A stretch of DNA of 38,380 bases from a virus (lineage: Duplodnaviria; Caudoviricetes). The notes under the pieces were generated by a model. It did not search any database, was not told the DNA's origin, and worked only from the letters and a program-made list of their open reading frames with translations. Positions within the stretch are counted from its first letter, which is position 1. Each line of letters starts with the position of its first letter. Shown here in pieces: positions 9,058 to 17,904 of the stretch. Position numbers and translations under genes: made by a program. The stretch spans positions 1 to 38,380 of the IMG/VR virus record IMGVR_UViG_3300042553_000273; one strand, written 5' to 3'.

Positions 9058-9128
9058 AGCCCGGTAGTGTAACTGGTAACACCCCGATTTTTTCTTGGGC
9101 GATTCGGGTTCGACCCCCGACTGGGCTA
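9058..9128 (+). tRNA. Degenerate tRNA-like gene (nominal anticodon TTT, Lys; body resembles tRNA-Gln)
   Basis: Acceptor AGCCCGG/CTGGGCT; D arm GTGT-AACTGGTA-ACAC; anticodon arm CCCGA-TTTTTTC-TTGGG; T arm TCGGG-TTCGACC-CCCGA. Lacks N26, purine 37 and an encoded CCA. Confidence 0.75.
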
Positions 9129-10448
9129 CTACCTGAAAATAAACTGCTTGTTGTTGGCGTGAAGGTCGTACCTTAAGCAGTCCAAGGCATCGGCACGTTT
9201 ATCAACCTTCGCCCTGCTGCCTTTATCAACGCCGCCGTCAGGTAACGCCTTAACAAATTCGCAATCCCTTATCAGCACCTTGCACTTTGGGTTAATCAGT
9301 ATTTCATCGTAGTTACTGAAGATGCTATTGCACAACCGCCTTGATTCTTGATGGGGCGGGTTCGACCGCGGCACAAGTAGGTTGTTCGTGCTGATTCGCA
9401 TCCTATCCACAATCTCCGACCACATATTTTGTCCGACCTTGGCAATGACCGACTGCTGGCGGCCGCTGGCATCCCCCGTTACAAAGTACAACCTGTTCTG
9501 CACTTGCGCTGGGGTTCGCCTAAATATTTCTTCGACCATAGCTTCAATGAACGTCTTGCCCTGAATATGGTCTGCCGTCAGCGTTATTTCATCGAAGTAG
9601 TGAATGAATTGCTTGCCGTCTTGGTGTCTGCCCCGATGTGCCAAGATAGCTGTAAACGGGTTGTTGTTGAAGTCAATGCTAACGTAAACGGGCATGCTGG
9701 TATCGTATGTGGCCTTGCTGCCCACGTGCTTTTGCCTGTCAAACGAATACAGCCAATTCAGGCCAGACATGGTAACCCGATTGGCCAGCACCTCACGTTT
9801 AAAGGTCAGGCTGTCGTATGTCTTTTCTAACTGTTCGATATATCCTTCAGGCAGGTTCGCCCTATTGTCGTAGGTTGTGCCGATGGTATGTGCAATCTGC
9901 TTCTCGCCCCATATCAGTTCATCGATGTCGGGGTTGTCCATTGGTGGGGTCATTGTCCAAAGCGTTCGGGGAAACTTCGCCCCCGACATACGGCCCATGA
10001 CGATATTCAGGCTATCAATGGCAGCGTCTTGCACCTCATCACCCCAGCACCAGCCCAATTCAATACCCCGTATCATGGTTTCGATGCTGAACGTGATTAC
10101 CTGTGCCCCGTTCATAAATGACCAAACGCCGTTGTGCTTTTCGAACTTTGACTTATAACCAAAGTAGCGTTCAGGGTCTTTGTTGGCCACATAGTGTTCG
10201 CCCTTGTAAAGCCCGTATGCTTCAAGTACGCCAATGAATTCGGATAGGGTTGCCGTGTTCAGCTGGCTAACCGTGTTGCTGAAGATGCCCCCTTTAATTT
10301 CGGGCTGATGAATAATGTTGTGCAATGCCCAATGCGCCCCCGTTATGGTCTTGCCTGACCGAATCCCTCCCACATAAGCATACAGCCGTTCGGTTTCGCT
10401 GGCGGTTAGTGTTTGATGCTGCTTCGGGTTTAAATTATACTTCTTCAT
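9129..10448 (-). CDS. terL: Terminase large subunit
   Basis: Walker A GGIRSGKT, Walker B WCWGDE, coupling motif MTP, nuclease SIDFN, GDASG, DALDCLRY. Confidence 0.97.
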   Translation of the reverse strand: MKKYNLNPKQHQTLTASETERLYAYVGGIRSGKTITGAHWALHNIIHQPEIKGGIFSNTVSQLNTATLSEFIGVLEAYGLYKGEHYVANKDPERYFGYKSKFEKHNGVWSFMNGAQVITFSIETMIRGIELGWCWGDEVQDAAIDSLNIVMGRMSGAKFPRTLWTMTPPMDNPDIDELIWGEKQIAHTIGTTYDNRANLPEGYIEQLEKTYDSLTFKREVLANRVTMSGLNWLYSFDRQKHVGSKATYDTSMPVYVSIDFNNNPFTAILAHRGRHQDGKQFIHYFDEITLTADHIQGKTFIEAMVEEIFRRTPAQVQNRLYFVTGDASGRQQSVIAKVGQNMWSEIVDRMRISTNNLLVPRSNPPHQESRRLCNSIFSNYDEILINPKCKVLIRDCEFVKALPDGGVDKGSRAKVDKRADALDCLRYDLHANNKQFIFR

Positions 10449-10797
10449 CGTTTTTCACGATGTTGAAGGTGAAGTTGCTTGGCCATTTGACGTTCTCCCG
10501 CTTTTCTTCGTGCTGCCTGTTATACCCCCTTGCTTTGCCTTTGCTGTTCAGGTAGAAGATTATGGCGGTAGTGTCCCCCTTGTTAATGCGGTCAATTAGC
10601 TTGTTTTCGACAAAGTCAAGTTGAATTTCGCTTATTTCGTTTACTTGCCGCTTGTATTCTTCATCGTTCTTCAACCATTCGTAGTGTGCATCCCTTGAAA
10701 TGCCTGCCGCCTTGCAAGCGGTTGTAACGATGCCAAGCGACTTTTCAAGGGCCTCCAGTAGCAGTTTTTTTCTAATGTCGGTTTTGTTGTTTGCCAT
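10435..10797 (-). CDS. terS: Terminase small subunit (HTH)
   Basis: LEALEKSLGIVTTACKAAGISRDAHYEW...AIIFYL..KGKARGY; overlaps the terL start. Confidence 0.85.
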   Translation of the reverse strand: MANNKTDIRKKLLLEALEKSLGIVTTACKAAGISRDAHYEWLKNDEEYKRQVNEISEIQLDFVENKLIDRINKGDTTAIIFYLNSKGKARGYNRQHEEKRENVKWPSNFTFNIVKNDEEV

Positions 10798-10798
10798 G

Positions 10799-11293
10799 TT
10801 ACTTCATTGAAACATTAAACCCTCGCCCTTTCAGTTCATCGAAAAGGTCTTCCAAGGTTATCATATCGGCCTCGACTATCAGGCTGTTAGCGTCCTGTTC
10901 TTCATCTTCATCGTTGGGCAGTTCAGCATCAAATCCCGGTATCTCCAAGCCCCACCTTGTCAGTTCTTCAGCATCCCATTCGTTGGCCAACTGCTCCCAG
11001 TTCCAATCGCCAAACCCCACATTGTCTTTGATAACAAATTCATCTTTTTGTGCGTCTGTCAAACCTTCGGCAACTACAATGGGAACCTCCTTCCATTTCA
11101 GTTCTTGCATCGCCTTTAGCCGCATATTGCCGCCAAGTACGGTCATGTTTTCATCGACCACTAAAGGACGAAGATGAGCCATCTCAGGAAACTCCACAAG
11201 CGACGCCACCAGCTTTTTAAATTTCTCATCCCGTATAAATCTTGGGTTACGGCTATTTCCCTTGACCGAACCGATTTTTACAAGTTTAACCAT
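10799..11293 (-). CDS. ParB/Srx-like domain protein
   Basis: NPRFI...RPLVVDENMTVLGGNMRLKA...IKDN. Confidence 0.88.
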   Translation of the reverse strand: MVKLVKIGSVKGNSRNPRFIRDEKFKKLVASLVEFPEMAHLRPLVVDENMTVLGGNMRLKAMQELKWKEVPIVVAEGLTDAQKDEFVIKDNVGFGDWNWEQLANEWDAEELTRWGLEIPGFDAELPNDEDEEQDANSLIVEADMITLEDLFDELKGRGFNVSMK

Positions 11294-11936
11294 TTTTTAT
11301 GATTTTGATTCCAGTATAGTCAATTTGTTCAATTTTTGGCGATATGCCTTGCCCTTCAAAGTATTCATCAACCGCAGTTTTTGAACCTTTCCAATGCCCG
11401 TAGTCATCAACAATCAAAACTCCGCCAAAGTTCAATTTAGGGTAAAGTACCTCCATTTCTTTTTTGGTTGACGCATACCAATCCGTATCAAGCCGAAGTA
11501 ATGCCAAGTTGCTTTCGTGTATGTACTTTGCACCATTAAGGGTAACGCAAACATCGCCCTGAACAAAAATTACGTTTGCCATTGGAAAACTTGAACGGCT
11601 TATCGTTTCCCTAACCTCATCAATTGGGGAAATGCACATAACGTCTTCAAGTATGCTTTCTGCCTTTCTGCCGTTTAGGTCTTTGTCAATATCTTCAGGC
11701 GGTGTCATGCCCTTAAAGGTATCGTACAAAAATACCTTTCGGTCGGTCATTTTGTGAAATGCAAGGTATTCCATGATTCCCAAAATGTTGCCACCTTTCC
11801 AAACGCCACATTCTACGAAATCGCCCTGAATGTTGTTTGCCCTTATGTACTCAAGGGAATCATACAAAGCACCCATTCGTTCAACGCTGGTCATTGTGAA
11901 CGGCGATACTATTTCAATAAACGTGTTCTTAACCAT
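11286..11936 (-). CDS. TylF/MycF/NovP family sugar O-methyltransferase
   Basis: GDFVECGVWKGG, YDTFKGM, LRLDTDWYAST, GGVLIVDDYGHW. Confidence 0.93.
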   Translation of the reverse strand: MVKNTFIEIVSPFTMTSVERMGALYDSLEYIRANNIQGDFVECGVWKGGNILGIMEYLAFHKMTDRKVFLYDTFKGMTPPEDIDKDLNGRKAESILEDVMCISPIDEVRETISRSSFPMANVIFVQGDVCVTLNGAKYIHESNLALLRLDTDWYASTKKEMEVLYPKLNFGGVLIVDDYGHWKGSKTAVDEYFEGQGISPKIEQIDYTGIKIIKNG

Positions 11937-12273
11937 TTTTCACAATTTCGTTAATTAAATTTGCGAAGCTGTCAAGGGTACGCACGATGTAGTACCGCCC
12001 CCCGTTAGCCTTTAGCATCTTTTCAAATTCTTTTTGTTCATCACTTTGCCGGCCGTTGCCCATCTTCAGTTCGATGCCGTGTAACGTGCCTTTGTAGAAA
12101 AACAAAAGGTCGGACACCCCAGCGACTACACCCATGCCTTTCAGCACGGCCCCGTTTGATGCGTTGATTGCCCTGCCGTTCGTGTGCCATAGGTTTCGAT
12201 ACAGGTCAGGGTAGTACTGCCTGAAAAAGCGCACACAGGCCAATTGCAAAAGATGTTCACCGACTTTGGGCAT
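11929..12273 (-). CDS. VRR-NUC domain nuclease (Holliday junction resolvase-like)
   Basis: EHLLQ...GVVAGVSDL...IELK...GRQSDEQKEF. Confidence 0.92.
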   Translation of the reverse strand: MPKVGEHLLQLACVRFFRQYYPDLYRNLWHTNGRAINASNGAVLKGMGVVAGVSDLLFFYKGTLHGIELKMGNGRQSDEQKEFEKMLKANGGRYYIVRTLDSFANLINEIVKNG

Positions 12274-12282
12274 ATGGCAAAG

Positions 12283-12498
12283 TTAGGTCTTAACTTTCAT
12301 GTGTGCAAGTGTAACCCGATATAGCCTTTCGTAATATGGCAGATATGCCCTTTTGCCAGCGTTGTATTTGAGTATTGCGATATGCGATTTGGTAAACATG
12401 CTAAGGTCGTTGATGCGTTCGCCGCCTATGTTGATTTCGGGTTGCGGCTTGGTCAGGTCAATACCTTTCCAGTAGGCTTCGATTTCGGTTATGTTCAT
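12283..12498 (-). CDS. Hypothetical protein (DUF6965-like)
   Basis: Likely start 12498 (ATGA overlap); INDLSMFTKSHI...PYYERL pattern. Confidence 0.6.
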   Translation of the reverse strand: MNITEIEAYWKGIDLTKPQPEINIGGERINDLSMFTKSHIAILKYNAGKRAYLPYYERLYRVTLAHMKVKT

Positions 12499-13271
12499 TG
12501 TGGCGGTGTGTATTTGCCCCAAAAAGCGTTGCGCATTTCGTCGGCTTTGCTGGGCGGTCCTTCAACTACCCGATTGGCAATGATGCCCAACTTTTCGTAA
12601 ATCTCAGCACGTAAATGGTCAGGGCATGGCACGCCTTGTTCTTCGGGTTCGGCTGGCAAAACAACCTTGGGCCATTCAGAAAGCGGCATCACTTCGACCT
12701 CACCCCGAAGGTCATCACCTGGCATGATAATCGTTTCCCACTTTTTGAAGCGTGACATTAACCGTGCATCGGGCTGGCCGTCCGTCCCGAATCGTGCCAA
12801 AATTTGGGACAGGGTGTTGTTTGAAATAATGCCAGTAATGAACTTGCTATCCATTCGGCTTTCGATAATATCGTACAGGATCGTGTTCTGCCGCCCAAAC
12901 GCCCCGACCGCTTCATCAGCCCCGACATCGTCTAAAATCAAATGCCCGTACTTCGTTTTGTGGATGAAGGATAATATAAATTCATCAGGGTTTTTCATGG
13001 CCGCATACTCACGAAACAGATGCCGCATGTTGTAGAAGGTAAATTGCTTTTCGGGTTGGGCAGCTAAGAACAACCGTGTGTAAATTGTTTTGCCTGTGCC
13101 AGTATCACCAGTCAAGAAAAACGATTTGTTGGTGTCGAATGCGGTGCAAAGTTTTCGCACGGCGGCGGCACGTTCTTTTGTCAAAACCATTTTGTTGGGG
13201 CGAAATACGATGCTGGCCAGTTCGATGGCCCGGCGGTCAAGGGTTGTTTCGGTTAGTGTGTAGGTTTTCAT
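12495..13271 (-). CDS. DnaC/IstB-like AAA+ helicase loader
   Basis: GDTGTGKT, LILDDVG, SN motif, RLMSR, GDDLR; follows the initiator gene. Confidence 0.88.
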   Translation of the reverse strand: MKTYTLTETTLDRRAIELASIVFRPNKMVLTKERAAAVRKLCTAFDTNKSFFLTGDTGTGKTIYTRLFLAAQPEKQFTFYNMRHLFREYAAMKNPDEFILSFIHKTKYGHLILDDVGADEAVGAFGRQNTILYDIIESRMDSKFITGIISNNTLSQILARFGTDGQPDARLMSRFKKWETIIMPGDDLRGEVEVMPLSEWPKVVLPAEPEEQGVPCPDHLRAEIYEKLGIIANRVVEGPPSKADEMRNAFWGKYTPPQ

Positions 13272-13290
13272 TCTGCTAAGGTATAAAAAA

Positions 13291-14067
13291 TTAAAACGGC
13301 ATATCAGGTGAAGGGTTGGCCAAGGCTTCTAAACGCTTTGCGCTTCGTTCTGCTGCGGCTATCGTTGCCGGATCCAGCCAAGGCTTACCAGCTGGCAAAC
13401 TTGTTGATGTGCCTTTGCTTTGCTTATCTTTTCTGCCGTATAGCTGCGCCCAATTCTTTTCGGCTGCCGACATTATTGCCGTGTACATTTCGGCTGGCGT
13501 ATGCCCGGCAATTTCTTTTTTTGAAATCAGCATACTTTGCTTGGTTATGACCTTTTTTCGCTTAAGCCACATCATCGTTACTTCACGAAGGTTTTCATCG
13601 GTTTTGAAATCACCAAGCAAATCATTACAAAAATCTTCACGGGTGTATGCGCTTACATTCTCTTTCTTATCTTCTCTTATTCTACTCTTCTCTTCTCTTC
13701 TCTTCTCTATTGAACATTCGTTGAACGTATGTTGAACATTCGTTGAACTTGTGTTCAGCCTACGTTCAGCAGACGCCTTACCAGCGTTGGACATTTTTTC
13801 ACGCTTTTGCTGGCCTTCACTGAACTGAATATCAAGAAATTTGATGCCAATGCCATCATCGTAAACCTCAACCATCTTCAAGGCAATTAGCTTTTCAAGG
13901 TAGCCATCGGCTTCAAGTTCGGCGTGCTCATACGTCATAACGCATTCGGCATTCCAGTAGATGCAGCATAGCCTTAAAAATGCCACTTGCACCTCGCAAG
14001 ATTGCCGGGATATTCTGCCCATCATCCAGTCGGCTGGGCTAAATTTAAACCAAGGTAGTTGTTTCAT
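13291..14067 (-). CDS. Replication initiator protein (YdaU/DUF1376-like N-terminal HTH)
   Basis: LPWFKFSPADWM N-terminus, NAGKASAERR, E/K/R-rich linker over internal iterons; upstream of the loader. Confidence 0.8.
   Translation of the reverse strand: MKQLPWFKFSPADWMMGRISRQSCEVQVAFLRLCCIYWNAECVMTYEHAELEADGYLEKLIALKMVEVYDDGIGIKFLDIQFSEGQQKREKMSNAGKASAERRLNTSSTNVQHTFNECSIEKRREEKSRIREDKKENVSAYTREDFCNDLLGDFKTDENLREVTMMWLKRKKVITKQSMLISKKEIAGHTPAEMYTAIMSAAEKNWAQLYGRKDKQSKGTSTSLPAGKPWLDPATIAAAERSAKRLEALANPSPDMPF
13657..13770. repeat. Putative replication origin: six 11-bp iterons plus a pyrimidine tract
   Basis: TTGAACATTCG TTGAACGTATG TTGAACATTCG TTGAACTTGTG TTCAGCCTACG TTCAGC from 13710; (TCTTC)n tract at 13657-13709. 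Confidence 0.75.
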
Positions 14068-14516
14068 AAATTGATTTTTTTAAGTGAATATTTAGTTGCA
14101 TCGGATACGGGCACAAGAAACCCAATAGAAGTTTTGGTACTGTTTTCAACCTCTCTATACTTTTGGGATTCATACATTAGTTGCAAATGTTTTTTTCCAA
14201 AAATAAACATCGTTGAATAGTTGCCAATTAAATAAAGCCAAGTGTTGTCATTTCTATAAATGCCCGAATCGACATAATTTAAATTTATAGGGTTGCTTTT
14301 TTCTTTAACCTCAATGTATATGTTCCCTGTATCAAAGAATTTATCATCAAATTTTATCTCAATCCCCTGTAGATTTTCACCTACAGAGAATTGAAATTTT
14401 TTGCTTGACAAAGATGTTAGCGGTATGCCTATTTCTTTCAATAAAGCAATAGCAACAAAGTCCTGAAATTCAAGCCCCTTTTGAAGGGATGAATTATAGT
14501 ATTCTTTATAATTCAT
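14064..14516 (-). CDS. Putative PD-(D/E)XK nuclease
   Basis: Likely start MNYKEYY at 14516; GLEFQDFV...GIEIKFD...TGNIYIE; AT-rich; overlaps the end of the MTase gene. Confidence 0.6.
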   Translation of the reverse strand: MNYKEYYNSSLQKGLEFQDFVAIALLKEIGIPLTSLSSKKFQFSVGENLQGIEIKFDDKFFDTGNIYIEVKEKSNPINLNYVDSGIYRNDNTWLYLIGNYSTMFIFGKKHLQLMYESQKYREVENSTKTSIGFLVPVSDATKYSLKKINL

Positions 14517-15657
14517 TTCCCCATCCATACCAGTTGCTTTTTTTGATGTTTCTACAAAACATTTCAAGTTTGTTCCCGTAATTATACAGGTCATCAATAA
14601 TGTTTAAAAATTCAATAGGCTTTTCGCTGTGGTTGTCATTCCTTTCGATTGCCTGAACGCTGTCATAAAGCCTCTTGTTATCGGGCACGCAGCTACCCTT
14701 TGTCGCAATTAAAAGTATCTCATGCCTTACAGAATTATAGTGCCCCATGTTATGTTTTACTTTATCCCAAATGAATGAAGTTTTGTATTTAAACCCCCAT
14801 TCATTTATCACTCTAAAAGAATCTTCCAACAAAGGCGATGTAACCCACAAAAACAAAACGCTGTCTTTTTCTGCAATTTGTTTTACAGGCAATTGGCAAA
14901 TTTGCTCAACACTCATGGTTTGATAGTGCTTCGCCGCACCGCCCAATTGCGGGGTGTCTTGCTTATCATTATAGCTCCATGCTGGGTCGGCATAAATAAC
15001 CCTAAATTTTTCATTTGTATTGAAAATATCTACCTTGAAATCATTGTTTGACTTTGTAGTTATTCTTTCCGAATACTCTTCTTTTTTCTTTTCAAGTTCG
15101 GCTTTTTTCTCCTCCTTCTTAATATCTTGGTAAACTTGGTTAATGCTTACCTCCCCTGTTGAAAGTTTGGCCTTTACCTCTTCAGGTGCTTTGGCTTCAA
15201 TAACCTTTACCTTGGCGATGGTGTCATGCGAAACATTAGCAACCTTGGCCAGTTCTTTTTGAGTGTCAATAGGTTTTTGTTCTACAGATTTCTGTAAAAC
15301 AGATTCAGGCTTTCTTATTTGGTTTTCTTTGGCCTTGGCCTTAAACACGCTTTCAAGTTCTAAAGCAAGTACCGACCTTTGGTAATTGCTCAAATTTCGC
15401 CTACCGAATTGGTTGCGAATCATCCACTCTTTGCAGTCCTCCATCGAAGCAAAGGCCATCTCCTTCACCTTAAACGGCAGGTCATACATTTGGGCCAGTT
15501 CGTATCGGTTGTGGCCATCTACGATTGTGCCTTGCCATGTAATAATTGGCTCCCGAATACCTTCTTGGCATACGTTGGCTTCAAGTTGCGCAAACTCCTC
15601 ACTTGTTAATGGTGGGATTAACGCTTTCAGTTCAGGATTAATGCTTAAATTTTGCAT
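14506..15657 (-). CDS. ParB-like domain fused to an MT-A70 family N6-adenine methyltransferase
   Basis: N-terminal LIPPL...IVDGHNRYE...NQFGRRNL; C-terminal VIYADPAW, LFLWVT, WGFKYK, HSEKP, LEMFCR, WYGWGNE. Confidence 0.92.
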   Translation of the reverse strand: MQNLSINPELKALIPPLTSEEFAQLEANVCQEGIREPIITWQGTIVDGHNRYELAQMYDLPFKVKEMAFASMEDCKEWMIRNQFGRRNLSNYQRSVLALELESVFKAKAKENQIRKPESVLQKSVEQKPIDTQKELAKVANVSHDTIAKVKVIEAKAPEEVKAKLSTGEVSINQVYQDIKKEEKKAELEKKKEEYSERITTKSNNDFKVDIFNTNEKFRVIYADPAWSYNDKQDTPQLGGAAKHYQTMSVEQICQLPVKQIAEKDSVLFLWVTSPLLEDSFRVINEWGFKYKTSFIWDKVKHNMGHYNSVRHEILLIATKGSCVPDNKRLYDSVQAIERNDNHSEKPIEFLNIIDDLYNYGNKLEMFCRNIKKSNWYGWGNEL

Positions 15658-15672
15658 AGGTTTTAATAAAGA

Positions 15673-15756
15673 AGCCATTTGGTCGGGGGCGGTAAAAGAA
15701 GTTAACACTTGGCCAAGGCAGGCCTCATCTTCTACGCAACCCCCGAACAAACGGCT
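15673..15756 (-). ncRNA. Long imperfect hairpin in the leader of the ParB-MTase operon
   Basis: 16 of 17 bp outer stem (15673-15689/15740-15756), 8-bp inner stem, GGCC/GGCC cap; -7 box TATATTTG at 15803-15810. Confidence 0.55.
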
Positions 15757-15820
15757 CGGTTAATTTTTGTTTTTACCTTTCATGGGCGTGTTAATGCCTT
15801 CACAAATATACAAATTGTTT

Positions 15821-16354
15821 TCAAATATCGCACCATTCAGCACCTACTTTGATAGCCGAAACCATCCTCAGCATGTACTCAAAAGCATCGTGAAACGGCA
15901 TCGCATTGGCATTGTCAACCACTTCTTTGGTCATGCCTTCGATTGCCAGCCAGCGGTCATCTTCTTGGTAGCCGATGCTCCATTTTTTGCTGCTGTAAAT
16001 TAGCATAAAGTCGCTGTCGCTTAGAAACGAATACCATGCAAAGTCCTGCTGCGGTTCGCCACCGAATCTTGACAATTCAAGGCTGTAACCGTCATCCGAA
16101 GGTGTGCATAGTGGCCACATATCTTGGCCGATAACGGTTGTGCCGTTTCTAATGCCTTGTTCGTGCCGTTCGATGTCAGCACCATATGGGTAGCTTTTAA
16201 TCGCATAGTCAAAGGCTACAATGGCAACGTGGTCGGGGTAGCGTGAAACAAAGTCAACCAGCCCCTTGCCGTTCATTTGCATTGCCATCATAACTTGCAT
16301 CTTGTCTTGGTTGTAAGCAATGCCGATTTCGATTAGTGATTTTTGTGTGTTCAT
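15821..16354 (-). CDS. Hypothetical protein
   Basis: ATG ORF with an A-rich leader, co-oriented with the operon. Confidence 0.75.
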   Translation of the reverse strand: MNTQKSLIEIGIAYNQDKMQVMMAMQMNGKGLVDFVSRYPDHVAIVAFDYAIKSYPYGADIERHEQGIRNGTTVIGQDMWPLCTPSDDGYSLELSRFGGEPQQDFAWYSFLSDSDFMLIYSSKKWSIGYQEDDRWLAIEGMTKEVVDNANAMPFHDAFEYMLRMVSAIKVGAEWCDI

Positions 16355-16373
16355 GGTGTTTAGGTATTAAAGG

Positions 16374-16604
16374 TTAAAGGTTAGTAGGTTTCGCCCAATC
16401 AATTCGGTAGCTTGAATTGTTGTGCTTTTCGATTTCAAAGCCGTTGGTTCGCAGCTTTTCAATGTCATCTTCAGCAATCGGGTTGAAAACCCAGCAGTAC
16501 ATTTCGCCCTGCTTGGCTTTTTCAAGGCACATGGCTTCGATTTCGGCCATGGTGATTCTTGGCTTGCTGGTTGCCAAGTTGTAAAGGTGATTTGCGTAGA
16601 TCAT
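16374..16604 (-). CDS. Hypothetical protein
   Basis: Likely start MIYANHL at 16604, downstream of the cassette promoter. Confidence 0.65.
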   Translation of the reverse strand: MIYANHLYNLATSKPRITMAEIEAMCLEKAKQGEMYCWVFNPIAEDDIEKLRTNGFEIEKHNNSSYRIDWAKPTNL

Positions 16605-16628
16605 GGTGTAAATGTTTTTTGTGTACTG

Positions 16629-16721
16629 CAATAGTAAAAAGAATATCAATACCAAAATCGGCGTTAACACTTTTTAACACTTAGGCAGAAAAAGAAAAAG
16701 CCCCAACCTTTCGGCCGGGGC
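16629..16721 (-). promoter_or_regulatory. Cassette A: terminator + tandem TTAACAC boxes (inverted) + promoter
   Basis: GCCCC..GGGGC hairpin with U tail; boxes at 16664 and 16674; TTGGTATTGA-N9-TACTATTG. Confidence 0.7.
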
Positions 16722-16744
16722 AATTTCACACCTAACACACTATT

Positions 16745-17110
16745 TTAGAATGGCAGGTTCTCGCCATCGGTTTGCATCTCAGGTAAACGGCCACCGCCAG
16801 TTTCGGTACGCATGCCACCAAGCAGTTCTACTTGGTTTACTAAAACCTTGATGTCGTTGCCGATCTTGTCGTTGCCTTCTTTGTCTTTGTAAATGTCAAG
16901 CACAGGCCGACCGCTAATGTACACTTGCGTGCCTTTGCTTAAGAATTTAGCAACCCCAGCAGGCTTGCCATCTTTGCCGAAAAGGGTGCAGCGAAACCAT
17001 TGGGTTTCTTCGCCTTTGCCGACCGCTACCGAAAAGGTAGTGATGTCTTTGTTTTTGCCGACCAGTTCAGCATCTTTGCCGATACGGCCGATTAATTGTA
17101 GTTGTAACAT
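16745..17110 (-). CDS. ssb: Single-stranded DNA-binding protein
   Basis: MLQLQLIGRIGKDAE...FSVAV...TQWFRC...KGTQVYISGR, acidic tail ending LPF. Confidence 0.95.
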   Translation of the reverse strand: MLQLQLIGRIGKDAELVGKNKDITTFSVAVGKGEETQWFRCTLFGKDGKPAGVAKFLSKGTQVYISGRPVLDIYKDKEGNDKIGNDIKVLVNQVELLGGMRTETGGGRLPEMQTDGENLPF

Positions 17111-17112
17111 GG

Positions 17113-17421
17113 TTATTTGGTTTTGATTAGTTTCTTGCGTTGAATTGCTTTTGACACGATGTGCTGGCCGATTTCCTTCCCGTCCATCGACAGCCAAGAT
17201 AGCAGATGCTTAAGGTCTGCCGCCCGGTTGGCGCACGTGCCGATTATCAGTTCGCCCTTCTGCCCGTTTTGGGTAATGGCAATCGAAGCGGTTGCCGTTT
17301 CTTTGTCGGGGTAAGAACGTACAATAATCGGTACATCTAAATACGTTGGCCGAATCATTTGCGCCCAACTGCCGTCCTTGATTTGCTCAAAGCCCAGCTG
17401 TTCTAATTGTTCTTTTCTCAT
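17113..17421 (-). CDS. Hypothetical protein
   Basis: Tightly packed ATG ORF within the operon. Confidence 0.7.
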   Translation of the reverse strand: MRKEQLEQLGFEQIKDGSWAQMIRPTYLDVPIIVRSYPDKETATASIAITQNGQKGELIIGTCANRAADLKHLLSWLSMDGKEIGQHIVSKAIQRKKLIKTK

Positions 17422-17433
17422 GGTTTGTGTGTG

Positions 17434-17904
17434 TTAATTGTAATTTATTGACGTGAAGATAGGTGTATTTTTGTTCAATTCCAATTCTTGCATGACCATT
17501 TTTATATGCTCGCAAAATTCGATGCAGCGCATGTAGTATTGTGGGTCGGCCAGTATAGAATCTTGCACAAACTTTATGCTGTGCATAACCGTTGCATGCT
17601 CGCAGTTCAGCATCTTGCCGATGTCTTGCAGGCTCATTGATGTAGCGCAGCGCATCGCAAACCTCATGGCATGCTTGAAGTGTTTAACCTCCCTGAATCT
17701 GCGTTTGCTGTATGCGGCCTCATAAGGTAACCCCCAGTAATCGGCAGCGGCTTTTATGACGTAGCGTTGGTGTTCGGTTTTTAGATGCATCTTAAAGAAT
17801 TCATCGTTTCTGCTGTTGATTATGCGGTCGATTTCGGTGCGAATCTTCAGTAAGCTATCGTTGTCCTGTTTCAAAAGATAGCGTTCAAATTGTCGTTCTG
17901 TCAT
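17434..17904 (-). CDS. DnaA C-terminal (domain IV)-like HTH protein
   Basis: SKRRFREV...SLQDIGKMLNCEHATVMHS, resembling the DnaA signature IG..F..RDHTTV.HA. Confidence 0.8.
   Translation of the reverse strand: MTERQFERYLLKQDNDSLLKIRTEIDRIINSRNDEFFKMHLKTEHQRYVIKAAADYWGLPYEAAYSKRRFREVKHFKHAMRFAMRCATSMSLQDIGKMLNCEHATVMHSIKFVQDSILADPQYYMRCIEFCEHIKMVMQELELNKNTPIFTSINYN

Noticed and set aside
9058-9128. tRNA-like sequence as an attP site
   Set aside because: No integrase recognised, and the element is full length with its own promoter. Not fully excluded without a host genome.
10799-11293. ParB as evidence of a plasmid-prophage partition system
   Set aside because: No ParA. ParB/Srx domains next to terS or fused to methylases are common in phages without partitioning.
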